This document shows positions 50,577 through 64,000 of a stretch of 64,000 nt of DNA, one piece after another. The stretch lies in contig BCKZ01000003.1 of assembly GCA_001600815.1 (NCBI GenBank), positions 624,581-688,580 of the forward strand. Direction: 5' to 3'. Below the pieces are notes generated by a model, which was not told where the DNA came from, did no database searches, and saw nothing but the letters and a program-made list of their open reading frames with translations. How positions within the stretch are numbered: position 1 is the stretch's first letter; the number at the start of each line of letters is the position of its first letter. The stretch is from Alloascoidea hylecoeti (Eukaryota). The position numbers and the translations under genes were made by a program.

Positions 50577-52783
50577 TTAGTGAGAATTCCCTGATATATT
50601 ACCTTGCAATTTAGCTAATTGCTCCATGATATTTTGAACTTGCTGATTGGACTGCTGTCCGGAAACATCAGAAGAGCCGTTACTTTGATACGGATAACCA
50701 CCCATAACATTTCCACCTTGATATTGAGGGTTATATTGGCTAGTGTTTTGAGGAGCTTGGGGTTGAGAATACTGATTTCCATACATCGGCTGCTGTACTT
50801 GTTGCTGTGCTTGGGGCTGAACTAAAGCAGCTACAACAGATTGCAAAGTGGTTGGATCTAAATTTTGGAGAGTGCTCAAAAGAGCCGTGGGATTAGATAG
50901 CTGTTGTTTATGTGGTTGTTGCTGATGAACTTGGGGTAGCGAGGATATAGGGTTGCTATAATTGGATTGCCCTCCATAATAGGGTGGAATAGCTGAACTA
51001 GAACTCGTTGATAGACTGGTGGTATCATACTGCTTATGCTTAGCTCTCACAAGTAATTCAACTGCTACATGGACTTCAATGTTAAGATATTCGTCATATT
51101 TCACACCCCCCTCTTGATTTCTTTCAAAAACTTGGAGGTTGACACAATTTCTTCGTTGTGATTTGTAATCTAGGGTAACGACACCCAAGACACCATCATA
51201 AACCAAATCGTGAATAGCATTCTTGAGTGAAACCTTTTGAGGTAAATCATTAGCCTGTGCAACAATGTTAGAATTAGAAAAAGATGTAACAATACGACGA
51301 ACAAAACCGGGATCAAGACCATCGAGAACAAATATTTGGCACTCGGGAACATCTTTTTTGCCGCGTCTAGGAGATCTAGAGCGCTCTCTGTAGTTATTGC
51401 GACCTCCCCGAGTTTTATTGTTCCCCTTTTGCCTCCCATTATTATCACGGCCTCCACGTGTTCTATAACGACCAGGAGAAGGTGAACGTGCTCTTTTGCG
51501 CTCATTACGTCTACCTTGTTTTTTAGAGAGCTCCAATTCTAAAAGAGAAAAGATGTTAGAAATATGTTTAATCCTCAAAAAAATATATACCCAGAAATTA
51601 ACTTACGGAAGTGTTTTCCTCCTTTGTAACAGCGTGTGGATTCGATAGCCATTGCACATTCACAAGATTCGGCACTACAGAATTGAATGAAGCCATATCC
51701 ATTTTTAATAGAAATTTGAGCAAGCCCTCCATATCTGTAGAATATCTTAAAAAGATTATGCTTTGTAATTAACGATGGCTGAAGGTTTCCTACAAACATT
51801 CGAGATTTTGGGGGAAATCTATCCCAATCACCCGAGCCAACATACTCATTCTCAAGATTAAGATACTGTTGATATGCCATTTGTTCTTCTTCGGTATAAT
51901 CAGCATCAAGAGAAGCATCGTCAAGTTGAGGAAGAGTCTCTGCTAAAGCAGCATATTTTGGGTCAATTGGTACCTCCCTATCAGATGGATAATCGGGAAT
52001 TTGTGGCAAAGCAACCGACTTGGATCCTTCTTCACTCCTACTTGGTGCAATGGATGCTAGAATTTTCTGTAGGTCAACATTATTATTGGGTTTGGAGAGG
52101 TTGACATCAGGTACTGCTTCTTGCTTTCTATCTGAAGAAGATGCTAATGCGGATAAAACGGATTGAAGATTGTTAGTATGGACAGAAGTTTCTGCATGGA
52201 CCTCGGCAGAAGTTTCATCATTGGATTTATCTAGTTCAGTGGGGACTGCAACAGAAGGATAAGAAATCATCTCGGGATCGTAATCACTATCTTCGTCGCT
52301 CTCATTATTATCCTCTTCATTATTATCTTCCTCTTGGGCATCCGTTACTATAGGCTGGGTAGAGATCGGTTGAAGGGGTTCTTCTGCTTCGGTAGAAATG
52401 TTCAGTGGTTCCTGAATTTCATTATTATCTTGGATAACAGAGTCATTATCCAGTTCGTTCGGGGGTATTTCATTGGCCGCATCGGGTGGTTGCGTGATGA
52501 ATGGATCAGAGTTATTACCAGAAAATTCATCAGTTTCACTATTTCCAGATTCTGAAACGGAATTTGATTTTTCAATATTTTCATTATCTTGGGGAGGGCT
52601 CGGATTACTAATAACCGGCTGTTGGGGTTGCAAGTCTACTTGGCTTTCATTCGGCATGGTGCCCGTTTCAGGGGATTTTTCTTGTGAAGTGGGATCATTT
52701 GATTCCAAAGATGCATTTTCAGCAGAAATCTCGGGAATATTTTCCTCGATCACGAAAGGAACATCCGATGTATTTTCTGACAT
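50577..52783 (-). CDS. NAB3: Nab3-like RRM RNA-binding protein (~712 aa), 2 exons
   Basis: Exons 52783-51607 and 51538-50577. Acidic N-terminus, RRM SRMFVGNL...YGGLAQISIKNGYGFIQF, RS/RG-rich region, alpha/beta domain, Q/P-rich tail. Confidence 0.8.
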
Positions 52784-53406
52784 TATTACGATGGTTGGAA
52801 AGAAAATAAAAAGGGCGAAAAGAGTACAAAATTACATATGCCGGGTAACACTTTATTCCTAAATTGCTCACCAAGGAGTTTCCACTTAATTTAGGCCATC
52901 TTTGATGAATAATTATGATAAGAATAAAACGTAGGTCGGCTCAGCACAGCTTAATATAAAAACATAATAATAATAATAATAATAAGTAAACTTTTATTGA
53001 AATAATTTTTTTTATAAGTTATATTAATTATAAAGAGGCTAAGCTGAAAGTATAATGTTATTCACATTCCTGAAAAAACAGGGAACCTTGCAATTGCAAT
53101 TGATTTAAATTTGAAAAATGTTCACAATGAACCTCACATCCAAAAACCGACATCAACTTTTACTACACCTTCTACACAACGTTACACTGTATTAGTTTAT
53201 AGCCAAATGTCTATCTATTATATATATACGGTGTGCTAAAACCTCCAATTTTTACATTCCACCCATATCCATTGTAAAGTGACATTTCAATTGTCGTAAA
53301 GAAAAGGTGTATGGGTGAAGTGTTTTAAGTTTAGACCAGGTTTCCCTTTCCCCTGATTCTTTCATTCAATTCATAGTTATAACTTTTATTTGTCCTAATT
53401 ATTGAA

Positions 53407-54655
53407 ATGTCTGCTCCAGAAATGTCTGCTCCAGAAAAGTTCACGAAAACACTCCAAAATCTTGGAGGTAATATTCAAAGTGGAATCAATGAAGGAGTGA
53501 GAGAACTTCAAGGATCATTTAAGCCTTTAACTACAAGAACAACACAATTATTCCAAGGTGCTTTCGGCAAGGGCGATGGAGAAGTATGCTTTATTTAATT
53601 CAAACGTGTGGCTTAGACAGATCAATAAACAGATCAAAACTAATTGAGAATATAGAGTGAGCTTCCTTCTGATTATCTTAAACTTGAGAAGGAAGTGGAT
53701 AGCATGAGGCAAGTTTACAGAACAGTTCTCTCTGTAACGTAAGTTAATTAAGATAATCAACTAAATTTTTTTTAAAAATTCTAATAAGATATGATCCAGA
53801 TCTGTTTACGAGAATGAAAGCTATGATTATCCTAGTAACATCGTGAGTATTGCTGAAATTACATCTCACTTTTATTATAAGCACTAACCAATTCTTTAGA
53901 GAGAAAACTTTGCTGGATTTTCAAAAACTCTCTCAGAAAAAGTCCAAGGGCTACAGATTAAATCTTTAAGTCCAGTGAAAACCCCTCCCAATTCAACAAA
54001 TGATGACAAGCCTGCCGATGTTGATGCTGCAGAGACGCATCCATCTGCACCTGTTAGACAACCAAGAACTCTAAATCATGCGATTAGTAGGTCATTGACA
54101 GCTTCTAAAACATTTGTCCATGAAGATGTTCATTTCGGTGAAGCACTTTCAAATGTTGCTGAAACGGAGGAAACTATCGGACAAGCCCGCCTTCTGCAGG
54201 ATTCGTCTATTCATAGCGGACTTAACCTCACTTTACAGAAAGCCTTGAAAGAAACATTCCACGATATTGCTCTGAAGAGAAAGAAGGTAGAGAAAGCTAG
54301 AAATGATGTTGATTCTCTAAGACATCGTATCAAGAATTCAACCCCAGAACAACAGGAGGTCATTCGTGGTGATTTATTAAAAGCAGAAGATGAGTTTGTT
54401 AACAGTGTATCAGATTCCACTTCTGCAATGAAAAAATTACTGAATACAGGGGATAATATTGATCTATTGTCCCAGTTAGTCCAAGCTCAGTTTAATTTTC
54501 ATAAGACTGCTGTGGAGTCTCTAGCTGACCTGCAAGCTAATTTAGATGTCTTGAAAGAGAAGAGTCTACTAGAAACCCCAGCTTCAGAAGATAATGGAAA
54601 TAAGGGGCCCACAGTTGCAGAAGCACCAGAACTAAAGGAAGCTGATGAAAAATAA
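53407..54655 (+). CDS. GVP36: BAR-domain protein of the Gvp36 family (~352 aa), 4 exons
   Basis: Exons 53407-53583, 53656-53738, 53800-53842, 53900-54655. SELPSDYLKLEKEVD, YENESYDYPSN, PRTLNHAISR, IGQARLLQD, KAEDEFV. Confidence 0.85.
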
Positions 54656-55032
54656 TTGCAGCTAAATGTACTAATTATAAGTACTATTGATATTATAAAG
54701 GGGTTATATTAAATGCGAATATAGATAGATCAATTGTAATTGTTACAAAATATAATTAGAATTCTTATATAGTAATGATACTTCTATCTATAGTTGTATC
54801 TTTCTTCACATACATGTAGTTATCGAGCTCTAGATCTTTAAGTTTCATATGGTGAAGATTAATATGCGCAATATATTGAAACATACAAGATGGTTGAAAA
54901 CAATCAGACTTATATCAATTAATTAGACAATACATTAGTCGTTAGATTAAATAATAAATTAATAATGAATTTATAACCCGACACTCAAAAGGTGAATATT
55001 ATTCTATATACATGTACAAACATTAATGAAAA

Positions 55033-55704
55033 TCAATGCAAAGATCCACAACCAAGAGTGGAAGCAAACCCATATCCTCTTGCCATTCTATTGAAAAGCA
55101 AATCACCGAAGGCAATACCTAAAACAACTGCAAATACATATGTCAAAATATAAGTCATAACTCCCAGCATGAGAGCATAACCGAAGAGTGCTGTAAGAAA
55201 GTAAATTACAAGTCTGATAATTTCTTGGTACCATATAAATGGAGCAGAAAATGGGCCTCTCTTAATCGCGGGAGAACTTGGGATCTTAGACTCTTCATCT
55301 TCACAAGAATCACAAGAGGCAGGTATAGTTTTCCAAGTAACATTTTCAAGATAGCACATTAAGAAACTCAACCCTCTGAAAAACATTGCCGAAAAAAATA
55401 GAGCACAAAATATACCGAAGCAAGCACCACCATTGTTAGCATATAATGTTTTGAAGATTACTGGATAACCTTTATAATTATTATTGAACCACATATTCAT
55501 TCCTGACATATCCATATCACTCATATCACTCATATCCATACCATCCATATCACTACTACTACTTGTAGCTGATGCGGAAGCACTAGCCATTGTCATCATC
55601 ATAGAAGTCGTTGTACTCATAATCATTGAAGTAGTAGATGACGCTGCGCTGGTTGTTGTCATGTCCATGCCAGACATATCCATCCCATCCATAGATGTTG
55701 TCAT
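55033..55704 (-). CDS. CTR1: High-affinity copper transporter (Ctr family)
   Basis: Met-rich MxxM N-terminus, MNMWF, three hydrophobic segments, YALMLGVMTY (MxxxM), GxxxG motif, C-terminal CGSLH. Confidence 0.9.
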   Translation of the reverse strand: MTTSMDGMDMSGMDMTTTSAASSTTSMIMSTTTSMMMTMASASASATSSSSDMDGMDMSDMSDMDMSGMNMWFNNNYKGYPVIFKTLYANNGGACFGIFCALFFSAMFFRGLSFLMCYLENVTWKTIPASCDSCEDEESKIPSSPAIKRGPFSAPFIWYQEIIRLVIYFLTALFGYALMLGVMTYILTYVFAVVLGIAFGDLLFNRMARGYGFASTLGCGSLH

Positions 55705-55928
55705 CGTCGATTTCCTCTAAAAGTCGTTTGATAATGAAAATTTGTTGAAAGTTTGATCACAAGCTTAAGATAGAAATGGGAGCTTTCGACGCCAAATCTG
55801 AGCTTTGGATCGGCATATCTGTCTTATTTATATAATGTCTTTTTACTTTTCAAAATCCTTGAATATCCGGAATATAATTTTTTAGTCTAGAAACACAAGA
55901 TTGACGGTTTCCTAATCTGGTAATTTTA

Positions 55929-56068
55929 TTTGCTCAAGCCTTATTATACCTGTTGTTAGTATAAGCTTAATCCAAGCTATCTCCTTTTCAATTGGAAATA
56001 TAATCAATTTTTTAATTACCGAACACAATTAGTATCTTAAGAATCTCGGCTCGTATAACATGAGCAAA
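55929..56068. promoter_or_regulatory. Inverted pair of Mac1-type copper-response elements
   Basis: TTTGCTCA at 55929-55936 and TGAGCAAA at 56061-56068, upstream of the CTR gene. Confidence 0.65.
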
Positions 56069-57836
56069 ATTTAAAAGAATTATATACCAGATTAATGAAT
56101 AATCGAAAGTATTGCAAGTGAAACTCATGGTATAGCTACAGTTTGCAAGTGCATATTTTCAAAGTTATTTTTCTCGAGCCATGCTGCCACATGCATGGTA
56201 GCATAATTATTGTTCTCTTGGGTAGGGATCTTATTAATCAAGTAGATACCATAGATCGATGATGAGTTGCTATTAATTATTTATAACTCATAAGTTATAA
56301 ATACAGTACAGCACTCTCCATTTTTGATTCCATTTAGTTAGGTTCGTAATCCTAGGATAGCATCTCAGAGAAGCGCCAAAATACGAACTACTATATTTAG
56401 CTACTGTCATGTCAGGGATCTCCCAGATCGAGGAAATTCTCACAAAATCACGAAATAATGAATTCATAATTATCCTAATGTCTCGAGCTCCAATGTTTAT
56501 ATTTCCAATCGATATTTCCAAATATGCATTCAGTGAGTACAGCTTTTGACCGCGAACACCTTACATTGCAATTGCTTCCTGAAGAGCTTTATTTATATTA
56601 TGACTGTGCCAATGGGGTTTTAAACATTCTACTTAGAAACTGCGAGGCTGCTTTACCAGCAGCAATTTTTCTACGGTTTACATTGCTCCCGATTCCTTTT
56701 AACATATAAATATATTGACTTTTTCTTGCTGCGGCTTTCTCTCTGTAACTATGTTGTGATTATGTCCCTTATACTAAATTCAAGTAAATTGAGACTTCTA
56801 TATCTATTTCACCACTATGTGAACAAAAGAAAATGAAGTATCGAGGTATAGAAAGAGATTGGATCATCCCAAAGTCTGATGATAATTAATTATAGAAATT
56901 GATTGATATAGTAGTAGTCGTAATAACATTAATATTTGCTTAAAATAACATATTGGAAATATAGACAGACCTTCTTAGTCAAGTTGGAAACACACTTTTT
57001 GAACACGTAATGAACCATTTTTGAGCATTCTTTGACTTAAATAATTGTAAGGTGAACAGAGTCAAGGATGGATGAACTAAGGAATAGATGGATATTCCGT
57101 TGGAACGAACCTTCTTGGACTTCCCTACATCCCAAGAATGCAAACAGTCTTGTCCTGATTGTAAATATTACATGGTTTGTATTTATATTTGTCACATTAC
57201 CATTTTAGTCATTTGAACCAACTTTACATTATTTTTATCCTTTGAGAAGCTTAATAATCAAGAATGTAAAACGGTATTTTGAAAGAAATATTATGTTTTC
57301 TAAAAAAGTCGCTACTCATGGGCTTCTCACATAATTATAATGTTCATCCTTCGTTGATCTGTTTAGAACTACATTTTACACAGTAAGTTACTAGATATTC
57401 CATCAAAAGATTACAGTTGTACAATGGTTTTAAATCCAACTTGGAAAAACTGTAAATTAAATGATTTTAAATATGTTACATGCTGCGGATGAGCAAAGAA
57501 TTGGTGGATGAGAATGAATTATCCTTATCGATATCGCTATCCTTGATTAGGACATCTGAATATGCAGATGCATATGTATACAAAAGTTTGTTTGTAGTAA
57601 CAAAGTGAAAATGAGAAAATATGTAACAATCTGCTTTATAAGGAAATCTCTTGAACTTCGTACATATCCCTACGCATCCATACAATAATAAAACCATTAA
57701 GTCCATCACCATCACATCATCAATTGCAATGTGCAATGGGAAAGCAACAATCAGGGTAAATTACATACAGTTTAAACATATGCATATAAATTGCTTAGAT
57801 CCGCTATTTTGTCTTCTTTCTCTCTACCTTTACACC

Positions 57837-59225
57837 ATGTCTCAAGAACCACAGTCATATCAGCTACACGCACCTGTCGAAAGTCGTGAGGAGATTTTGT
57901 TTGAATGTGTCCAATTATTTTTCACGAACCCTCTTCCATCAAAAACAAACTTACCGGTATACCATACGATAACGAACCCGTTGGTAGTAAAACTCATGGA
58001 AGGTTATGTTAATCACTTTTCTAAATGGTTGGATATCCCCTTCTTCTTACCCTTTTTTGAAAAAGTATTACCCGTTGCGTCTCTTTCCGATGAGACGGGC
58101 ATCATAATATCCGCAATAAGCACCTGTGGCGCGGTATATTTGCACAAATCTGACCCCTCTCGATATTCTCATAATTCTGCACTAACTTATCTGAACAGTA
58201 CTATCGCAATGTTGAAAGACGAATTAGGGAAACCAGATAGACGTTTACATAGATGTTTGATTGCTTCTATTCTTTTAAATATATCAGAAGTTAATTTAGA
58301 TCCTACGTATAGTATTCAGCATATATCACACCTTCGTGGCTCTATGAATATTCTTGATGAGATTAAAAAGACGCATTCATTGTATGCGAGTACTAGTGAT
58401 GCTGCCCCGTTTGATTCACAGATAACAAGGTATTGCTTCTGGCCTCTCGTTTTTTCGGATCTATTTTTTGCCTTAATGAACAGCTCTGTAACGCGGTTGA
58501 ACCCAATCATGTAACTATAGCATACTAAAGTTGAATTTGAAATCTTTTGACTAACCATCTTGTTCTACAGGTGGGGTAGAGAATCTGGTATAGATAAAAT
58601 CATTCCTGAAAAAGATATAACATGGTATTATTGTCGTATCTTTTATCTATTAGCACTCGTTAATAATTTTGTTAATCACCAAAATGTTCCCACTTTGGAA
58701 GATCATAAACGAAAAATAGATGACGTTGCACATAATAAATTGATCGGTAAGATACAAGAATGGGTTCTTACCTTACCAAGAGCATTAAAACCAGTATTCT
58801 TTATAGAAGTAACTGGAGATATGATTTTTCCTGATATACGTTGTCATGGAAAGCAACATCATATAATGTGGATTGCTTTTCACGCCGCCCATATTTTACT
58901 GGCTAGAAGAAATACTGGGTTAACCGATTCCAATTCTATCTATAACTATCATCAACAATTAGGTCACGCTTGCGAAATTATGGGTATATTGAAATCTTGT
59001 CAGGATCCGTAAGTTCTTTTTCTAGCACAATATTTGTTTGAATTTAAGCTGATTTTGTCATTTAGTGCTGTATGGTCTTGCACACTATGGGCATATTGTA
59101 TTGCTGCTCCATGTCTTAGTTCTAGGGAAGAAAGGTTAGAAGCTCTTTCTATATTTGAAGATATGAATGAAGGAGTTGGTATTGGAATACGACCAGAGCT
59201 GAATAACACTCCCGCTGATATTTGA
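57837..59225 (+). CDS. Fungal-specific transcription-factor-domain protein (~423 aa), 3 exons, no Zn2Cys6 seen
   Basis: Exons 57837-58510, 58571-59008, 59066-59225, frame preserved. LMEGYVNHFSKWLD...AISTCGA...ASILLNISE...HLRG...CFW...DL..AL...W...LP...P pattern resembles the Fungal_trans_2-like region; TATA-like element ~50 bp upstream. Confidence 0.7.
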
Positions 59226-59884
59226 TTTCTTTTGTTCTCTCTTTCGCTCGCTGCATTGTTTTTTAAAAGCCATTGTTTAATTAAGATGATATTATGTTAG
59301 TATTTCTTTGTAATTTTTTCTTCTATATTTTACCCCTAATAGCTAAAGTAATCATTTATGGCATACTACCAGCACTATAATTATTAGATCTCTGCCTCCT
59401 TTGATGTTGATTTAAATGTTCATCATATTTTCGTTTTGAATAATTTAATATACATCCTTTAATTGCGACTAAAGGACATGGGTGTCAGAAGTTCGAATTT
59501 CAATGGACTTCTATAAATGGCTACTTTAGTGTTTGCAAGCTTTCCAAGATGTACATGTCTATTAGTTATCGAAGCCAAAAACTACAGTTGAATGAGTATT
59601 TATTCCAAGTCCTTGGTGCTTCAGCCGGTAAATATCCATTAACCTTATAAGCTATTCGAATAATAATCTTTTCATTTTTTCATTTTATAAACTCTATAAA
59701 TTAATTGGGGACAATAAAGAGTTTGTGGAGTATAATATGTAATATTATCCCAATAGAATTTTAAAGTACTGTTATAATTAGCTGTATATATTTATTTTTA
59801 ATTATAAAACTGGTAAGATAATTGACACAAACCTACAATAAATTTAATTACCCTTTGGCAATAACAAAGTACCACCTCCACAAA

Positions 59885-61141
59885 TCAAACATGTAGAATA
59901 ATCTTACATAAGATCACGATACATGCAAGCACATATATTGATTTTAAATTTGTGTGTCTAATCCTCATTCGGAGGTCTAAGGTACACTCCCTTGTCACAA
60001 CTTTCCAAGAAAGTTTCAAGAATATGCCAATGGAGGTTTTATTAACCAATTTTACTTCATCATCTATTTTAACGGTCACGATCATACGATCAACATTATT
60101 GATTCGGTCTGATAGAGTGTTTTTCATTATATAACATTTAAGCTAAATGAAATTGACCTTATAAATATCAATTTTAAAATAAAGAAATCTAGACTCTTTC
60201 ACAGATCTGATCTTAACCAATTCAACGTTTGTTGATATCACTTTAATATCAGGATACTGTGCTAAGTAACAATTCCAATTCAAGTTGTTCCTTTTCAAAA
60301 GAATTTAAAAACTGCCGTGTGCTCTTTTGAATGAGATCTTCATCCAGAGCTGGGAGGCATCTATTAAAAGTTACCGTATACTCTTTCATGTTTATGATGA
60401 GCGTTAACACAAAATATTTTAATGTTAAAAGTCTTTCTTGGGTAAGATTCAAAGAACTAAGGACTTCGTCAAACCGATAAAACTCATAGTTTCTTGTAAT
60501 ATAGTATGCTTTAATACAAAATACAGATGTGATCTGATGTTAGTAACAAAATATCAAATTGAAATTAAATGTATAGTTTTTTCTTTAATGATAAATACCC
60601 TCGTCACCAAGATTGTTGATATAAACTCGTAAGTGTTCTGCGATATACATATATAGGGGTGTATGTAGAGGATACACTGGAAACTCCTGTAATATGTTAT
60701 TATCGTAATCATGTACAGTTTCAGAACTTTCAGTAACAGGATCTCCAATTTGATCACGTTCAGTTTCAGCACTATCAGCAATAGAATCTCCTATTAGATC
60801 AAGAGGTAGTGGCACCTTTGGGTTTTGGATACAAAAAAGACCTTTATAACGCCGAGCTAAAACATCTGTAATCTCTTGAATAATGAACTCGGAATCTATG
60901 ACTGTGTTCTTAGGACAATTAAAAAACCTTTCATATATTGATAGCCGAATAGAATCCTAATAAAATTATATAAATTGTTAGCCATACATACATTAAGCTT
61001 TAAATTCATGCTTCCAAAACTGTCACTTACATCAAGTAGCAGCATAAAAGAAGAAGCCGAATCCTCAAAAGGTGGAAGTTTGTATTTGAACATGAAGAGT
61101 TCTTTGATTTGAGTTCTAAATGTTATCTTGTTGGAAGACAT
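59885..61141 (-). pseudogene. Possible decayed or unresolved multi-exon gene
   Basis: Chain of co-oriented 67-81-aa ORF fragments starting at ATG 61141, with a clear GTATTT..TACTAAC..CAG intron-like segment (~60534-60598). I could not build a continuous reading frame. Confidence 0.35.
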
Positions 61142-63549
61142 CGTATAAATATTGAAGTTTTATAATTAGCGCTGTAAGTCTGTTTAAATTTGTTACAGAT
61201 CTAGAAAAGAAAAATGTAAATAAATAAGATATCTTTCTGTAACAATAAACCAATATAATTTTTTTTACGAAAGGATGTTTTACCTTATAAGCTTGTATTT
61301 TTAACTAAGTTATTTTATATGTTAATTAATATTGATACCTTAAATAAATAACTAGGCATTGAGTGCATATGCTGAATTTGCTTTTGTGTACGACAATTTA
61401 CAGTCACTGCAGCCTAGTATTAAGGATTTTATCAACACCAGAAAAACACAGATGTAAAAATTTTGTGATCTAGGTTGGCGTATAGAGCATCAATTTAAAG
61501 TATATTCTCCTATTTCAATATATAGGTTCCAGTTATTTAAGCAATAACGTTGCAACACTCTGGCTATAGTCTTTGCTGCTGATTATCCTATTGATTCGAT
61601 TGAGTTCTAGCAAAATCAGAAACCAAGACCATCCCAGACATCTGTACTACCAGTAGCAACCCCTGTCTCTGAGTTCATCGCCATTATAGATCTAGTTAAC
61701 TCCAAAATATTAGCTTTTCCAATTTTTCTGATCTGGATAGCGGATGACAATTTCATATCATTAGCATTCTTGTTCTTGTTTGTAATATTTATTTTATTGG
61801 TTCAAACCACAAAGAAATATTTGAACCATTAAAATCATATTATATATTTCCTTTTAATTTATTAGTTTATAATAATAATGGGCAAAATTTAACGCTGGGA
61901 CTACTGGTTTGGTAACATTTGATGTTATGATAGCTGGCCTGGGAGATATTACGATTGATTATTCTGGAATTGATAATATATGCAAATAATATAGTTGGAA
62001 GTTTTTCACAAATTATATAATTAAATTGGCTTCTAGATCTATCGACATCAATGAAGATAATGCAAATTTTCGAATGATTTATTTGTACATACTTTAAGTC
62101 ACCCAATTCCACAAATATCCGTTGGCTTATGAAATAATGTTATTTTTTCGAATTTAATGGTTTGATTAAAACTTATCCGGATTCAGAAGAGGTTTTTAAA
62201 AAACTTCCTGACCTTTTATCACGTATGCATGGTGAAAATTGGCCCTGATTATAGCAGAATCGAACTTAAATGATAGCGATATATATATTGTGTGATTGAA
62301 TAAATATAGTAGAGTAAAGACAAAATTTCGAAATCAGAATTATGGGAAAGAGAAATCAAGGGTTTGGATAAAAGATCAAGATTTGAGTAACTTTCTGTGG
62401 TTCATAGTTTATATTGGTACTCATTGTACTCAATAATTAATATTAATTCTTACAATACTGATGTTTATTGTTATGAGAAAAAAGCAATAACCAATCAAGT
62501 TAACGTAACTATAAAACATATATATATATATAAGAATTAAATTCTCAAATAAAGATATAAAATATTAAGAAAATGTGAAATGTACCCCTTCATCGACATT
62601 CAGAACCTATTATTAGTATTTCCAAACTTCCTGTTCAGGACGAAATAAATTCTTCTCCAAAGCCAATATAAATAAAGTTATGATCTTGTCATAAGTTTGG
62701 CAACAAGTTAACATTAAAAATTCGTATAACTTGCCGTGGCATTGCTTTGTTTACTTTTTGATTGAAGAAGAAAAGAGTCTAACTTGATGAAAAATTTACT
62801 GTTTTTATAACAAATTTTTATAAAAATCCATGTTACGTCACTGATTACGGCATCATTACCCGGATCCTTGAAATCATTTCAATCTGATAACACGGTCAAA
62901 TCGTTTGATTGGTTACAGAACCAAAGACCATCTAAATTCTAATTCTAATCCTCAGCACTCAAAAATTCTTCTAGATCTTTATCACCGCTAACAATTAAAC
63001 TGGCACGCTCGAGGAGTCTAGACTCTGAAGAACGAGAGGGCATATGGCTCTCTGCTGTTGACAAATCAGGTAGGTGTCATGTAGGAAAGTTGCCAACAAA
63101 TTTGGCATCTCAACAACGACTCACTCCCGCGGTAATTATTCATGACAAGACTCACAAATTAAACAGAAGCTTCTCGTTACACATGAATAACAAACACCCA
63201 TTTTGCAGCCATTGTTTTGGGCTACAGAAGGTTCCAATGTATCGCATTGGTGATACTACACGCGCGGCACGTGGCCTCCTTTTCATACCACGGTCAAATC
63301 GTCTGATTGGCCAGCGCATACTCAATTATTGTAATATTTAAAAACATTTAGATTTTTTTAATTATATTTTTACATAACTCTCTAACTATATAGTACTATG
63401 TATATCTGAGTTAAATAATTTATAATATAGCACAACAGTTCATTCGGTAGGATAATTGAAAGTCAAAGGTACCGGTTCATAAAAATAATATTAGACGCCA
63501 AGTCCCCACTAGCTATAGGGCCCACTAGGGCGATTGTACAACAAGCAAG

Positions 63550-64000
63550 CTAAAATTTCCAATCTTCATCAGCAGATTCAATAGCCCATTTGAATTTGTC
63601 TCGTAATGTCTTAGTGAATAATTTTTCAAGAGGAACACCATATTTTTTGGAAAACATTACTGTAAGTCTAGGATCAATATAATTCATTTTACTTGTTCCA
63701 AGTGCAACTGAAGAGTTTGCCTCTTTGTCTTTCAATTGAAGTTTTGTATTATTGATTCTTTCCTGTAATTTTTCAACTTGTGCTTGTAATTTTTCAATAG
63801 TTGAATTTGCTTTAACTTCAACTTTACCAGTTTTTTGTTCTTTTTTATATTGTTTTTCAAGTTCTTTAATAGCTTTTAAACGATCATTTAATTCTGGTTT
63901 TAACATTTTCTTTTGACCTTCAGCAACTAATTTTTCATTATCTTTATCAAACTTCTTGATGATTTTTTCATGTTCTTTTTCCAAAACAATTTCAATTACT
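63550..64000 (-). CDS. TOP1: DNA topoisomerase I, C-terminal part (gene continues beyond the window)
   Basis: Linker coiled coil followed by VALGTSKMNYIDPR (catalytic Tyr) and LRDKFKWAIES..W.F. Confidence 0.97.
   Translation of the reverse strand, partial: VIEIVLEKEHEKIIKKFDKDNEKLVAEGQKKMLKPELNDRLKAIKELEKQYKKEQKTGKVEVKANSTIEKLQAQVEKLQERINNTKLQLKDKEANSSVALGTSKMNYIDPRLTVMFSKKYGVPLEKLFTKTLRDKFKWAIESADEDWKF

Noticed and set aside
57088..57175. Cys-containing mini-ORF (ECKQSCPDCK) as the missing zinc-cluster exon of the TF gene
   Set aside because: Cys number and spacing do not fit Zn2Cys6, and there is no convincing splice path to the main ORF.

Overview
This is AT-rich eukaryotic DNA from an ascomycete yeast. 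Its many short GT..CTAAC..AG introns suggest an intron-rich, early-diverging Saccharomycotina lineage (inference). About 20 protein-coding genes are supported: an ELL-like factor, a small HSP, a bacterial-type DIP1984/DUF6847 protein, a 7-exon coiled-coil protein, an Ariadne RBR ligase, a type-B carboxylesterase, a hexose transporter, a Psh1-like RING protein, RHO1, RIB4, VPS9, a NAB3-like gene, GVP36, a CTR copper transporter, a fungal TF-domain protein, the 3' end of TOP1 and several orphans. Gene-poor stretches hold two decayed Tc1/mariner transposase relics, a VPS34 C2-domain pseudogene fragment and a dispersed ~170-bp repeat. The standout is the 1401-aa ORF at 17420-21625. It is a fructosyl-amino-acid/sarcosine-oxidase-family fold split by about 1000 aa of 13 tandem ~60-70-aa repeats, it appears to lack the covalent-flavin Cys, and it ends in a PTS1-like SKI. 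It may be a peroxisomal enzyme repurposed as a structural or scaffold protein (hypothesis). All family assignments are from motif recognition only; no database searches were run.
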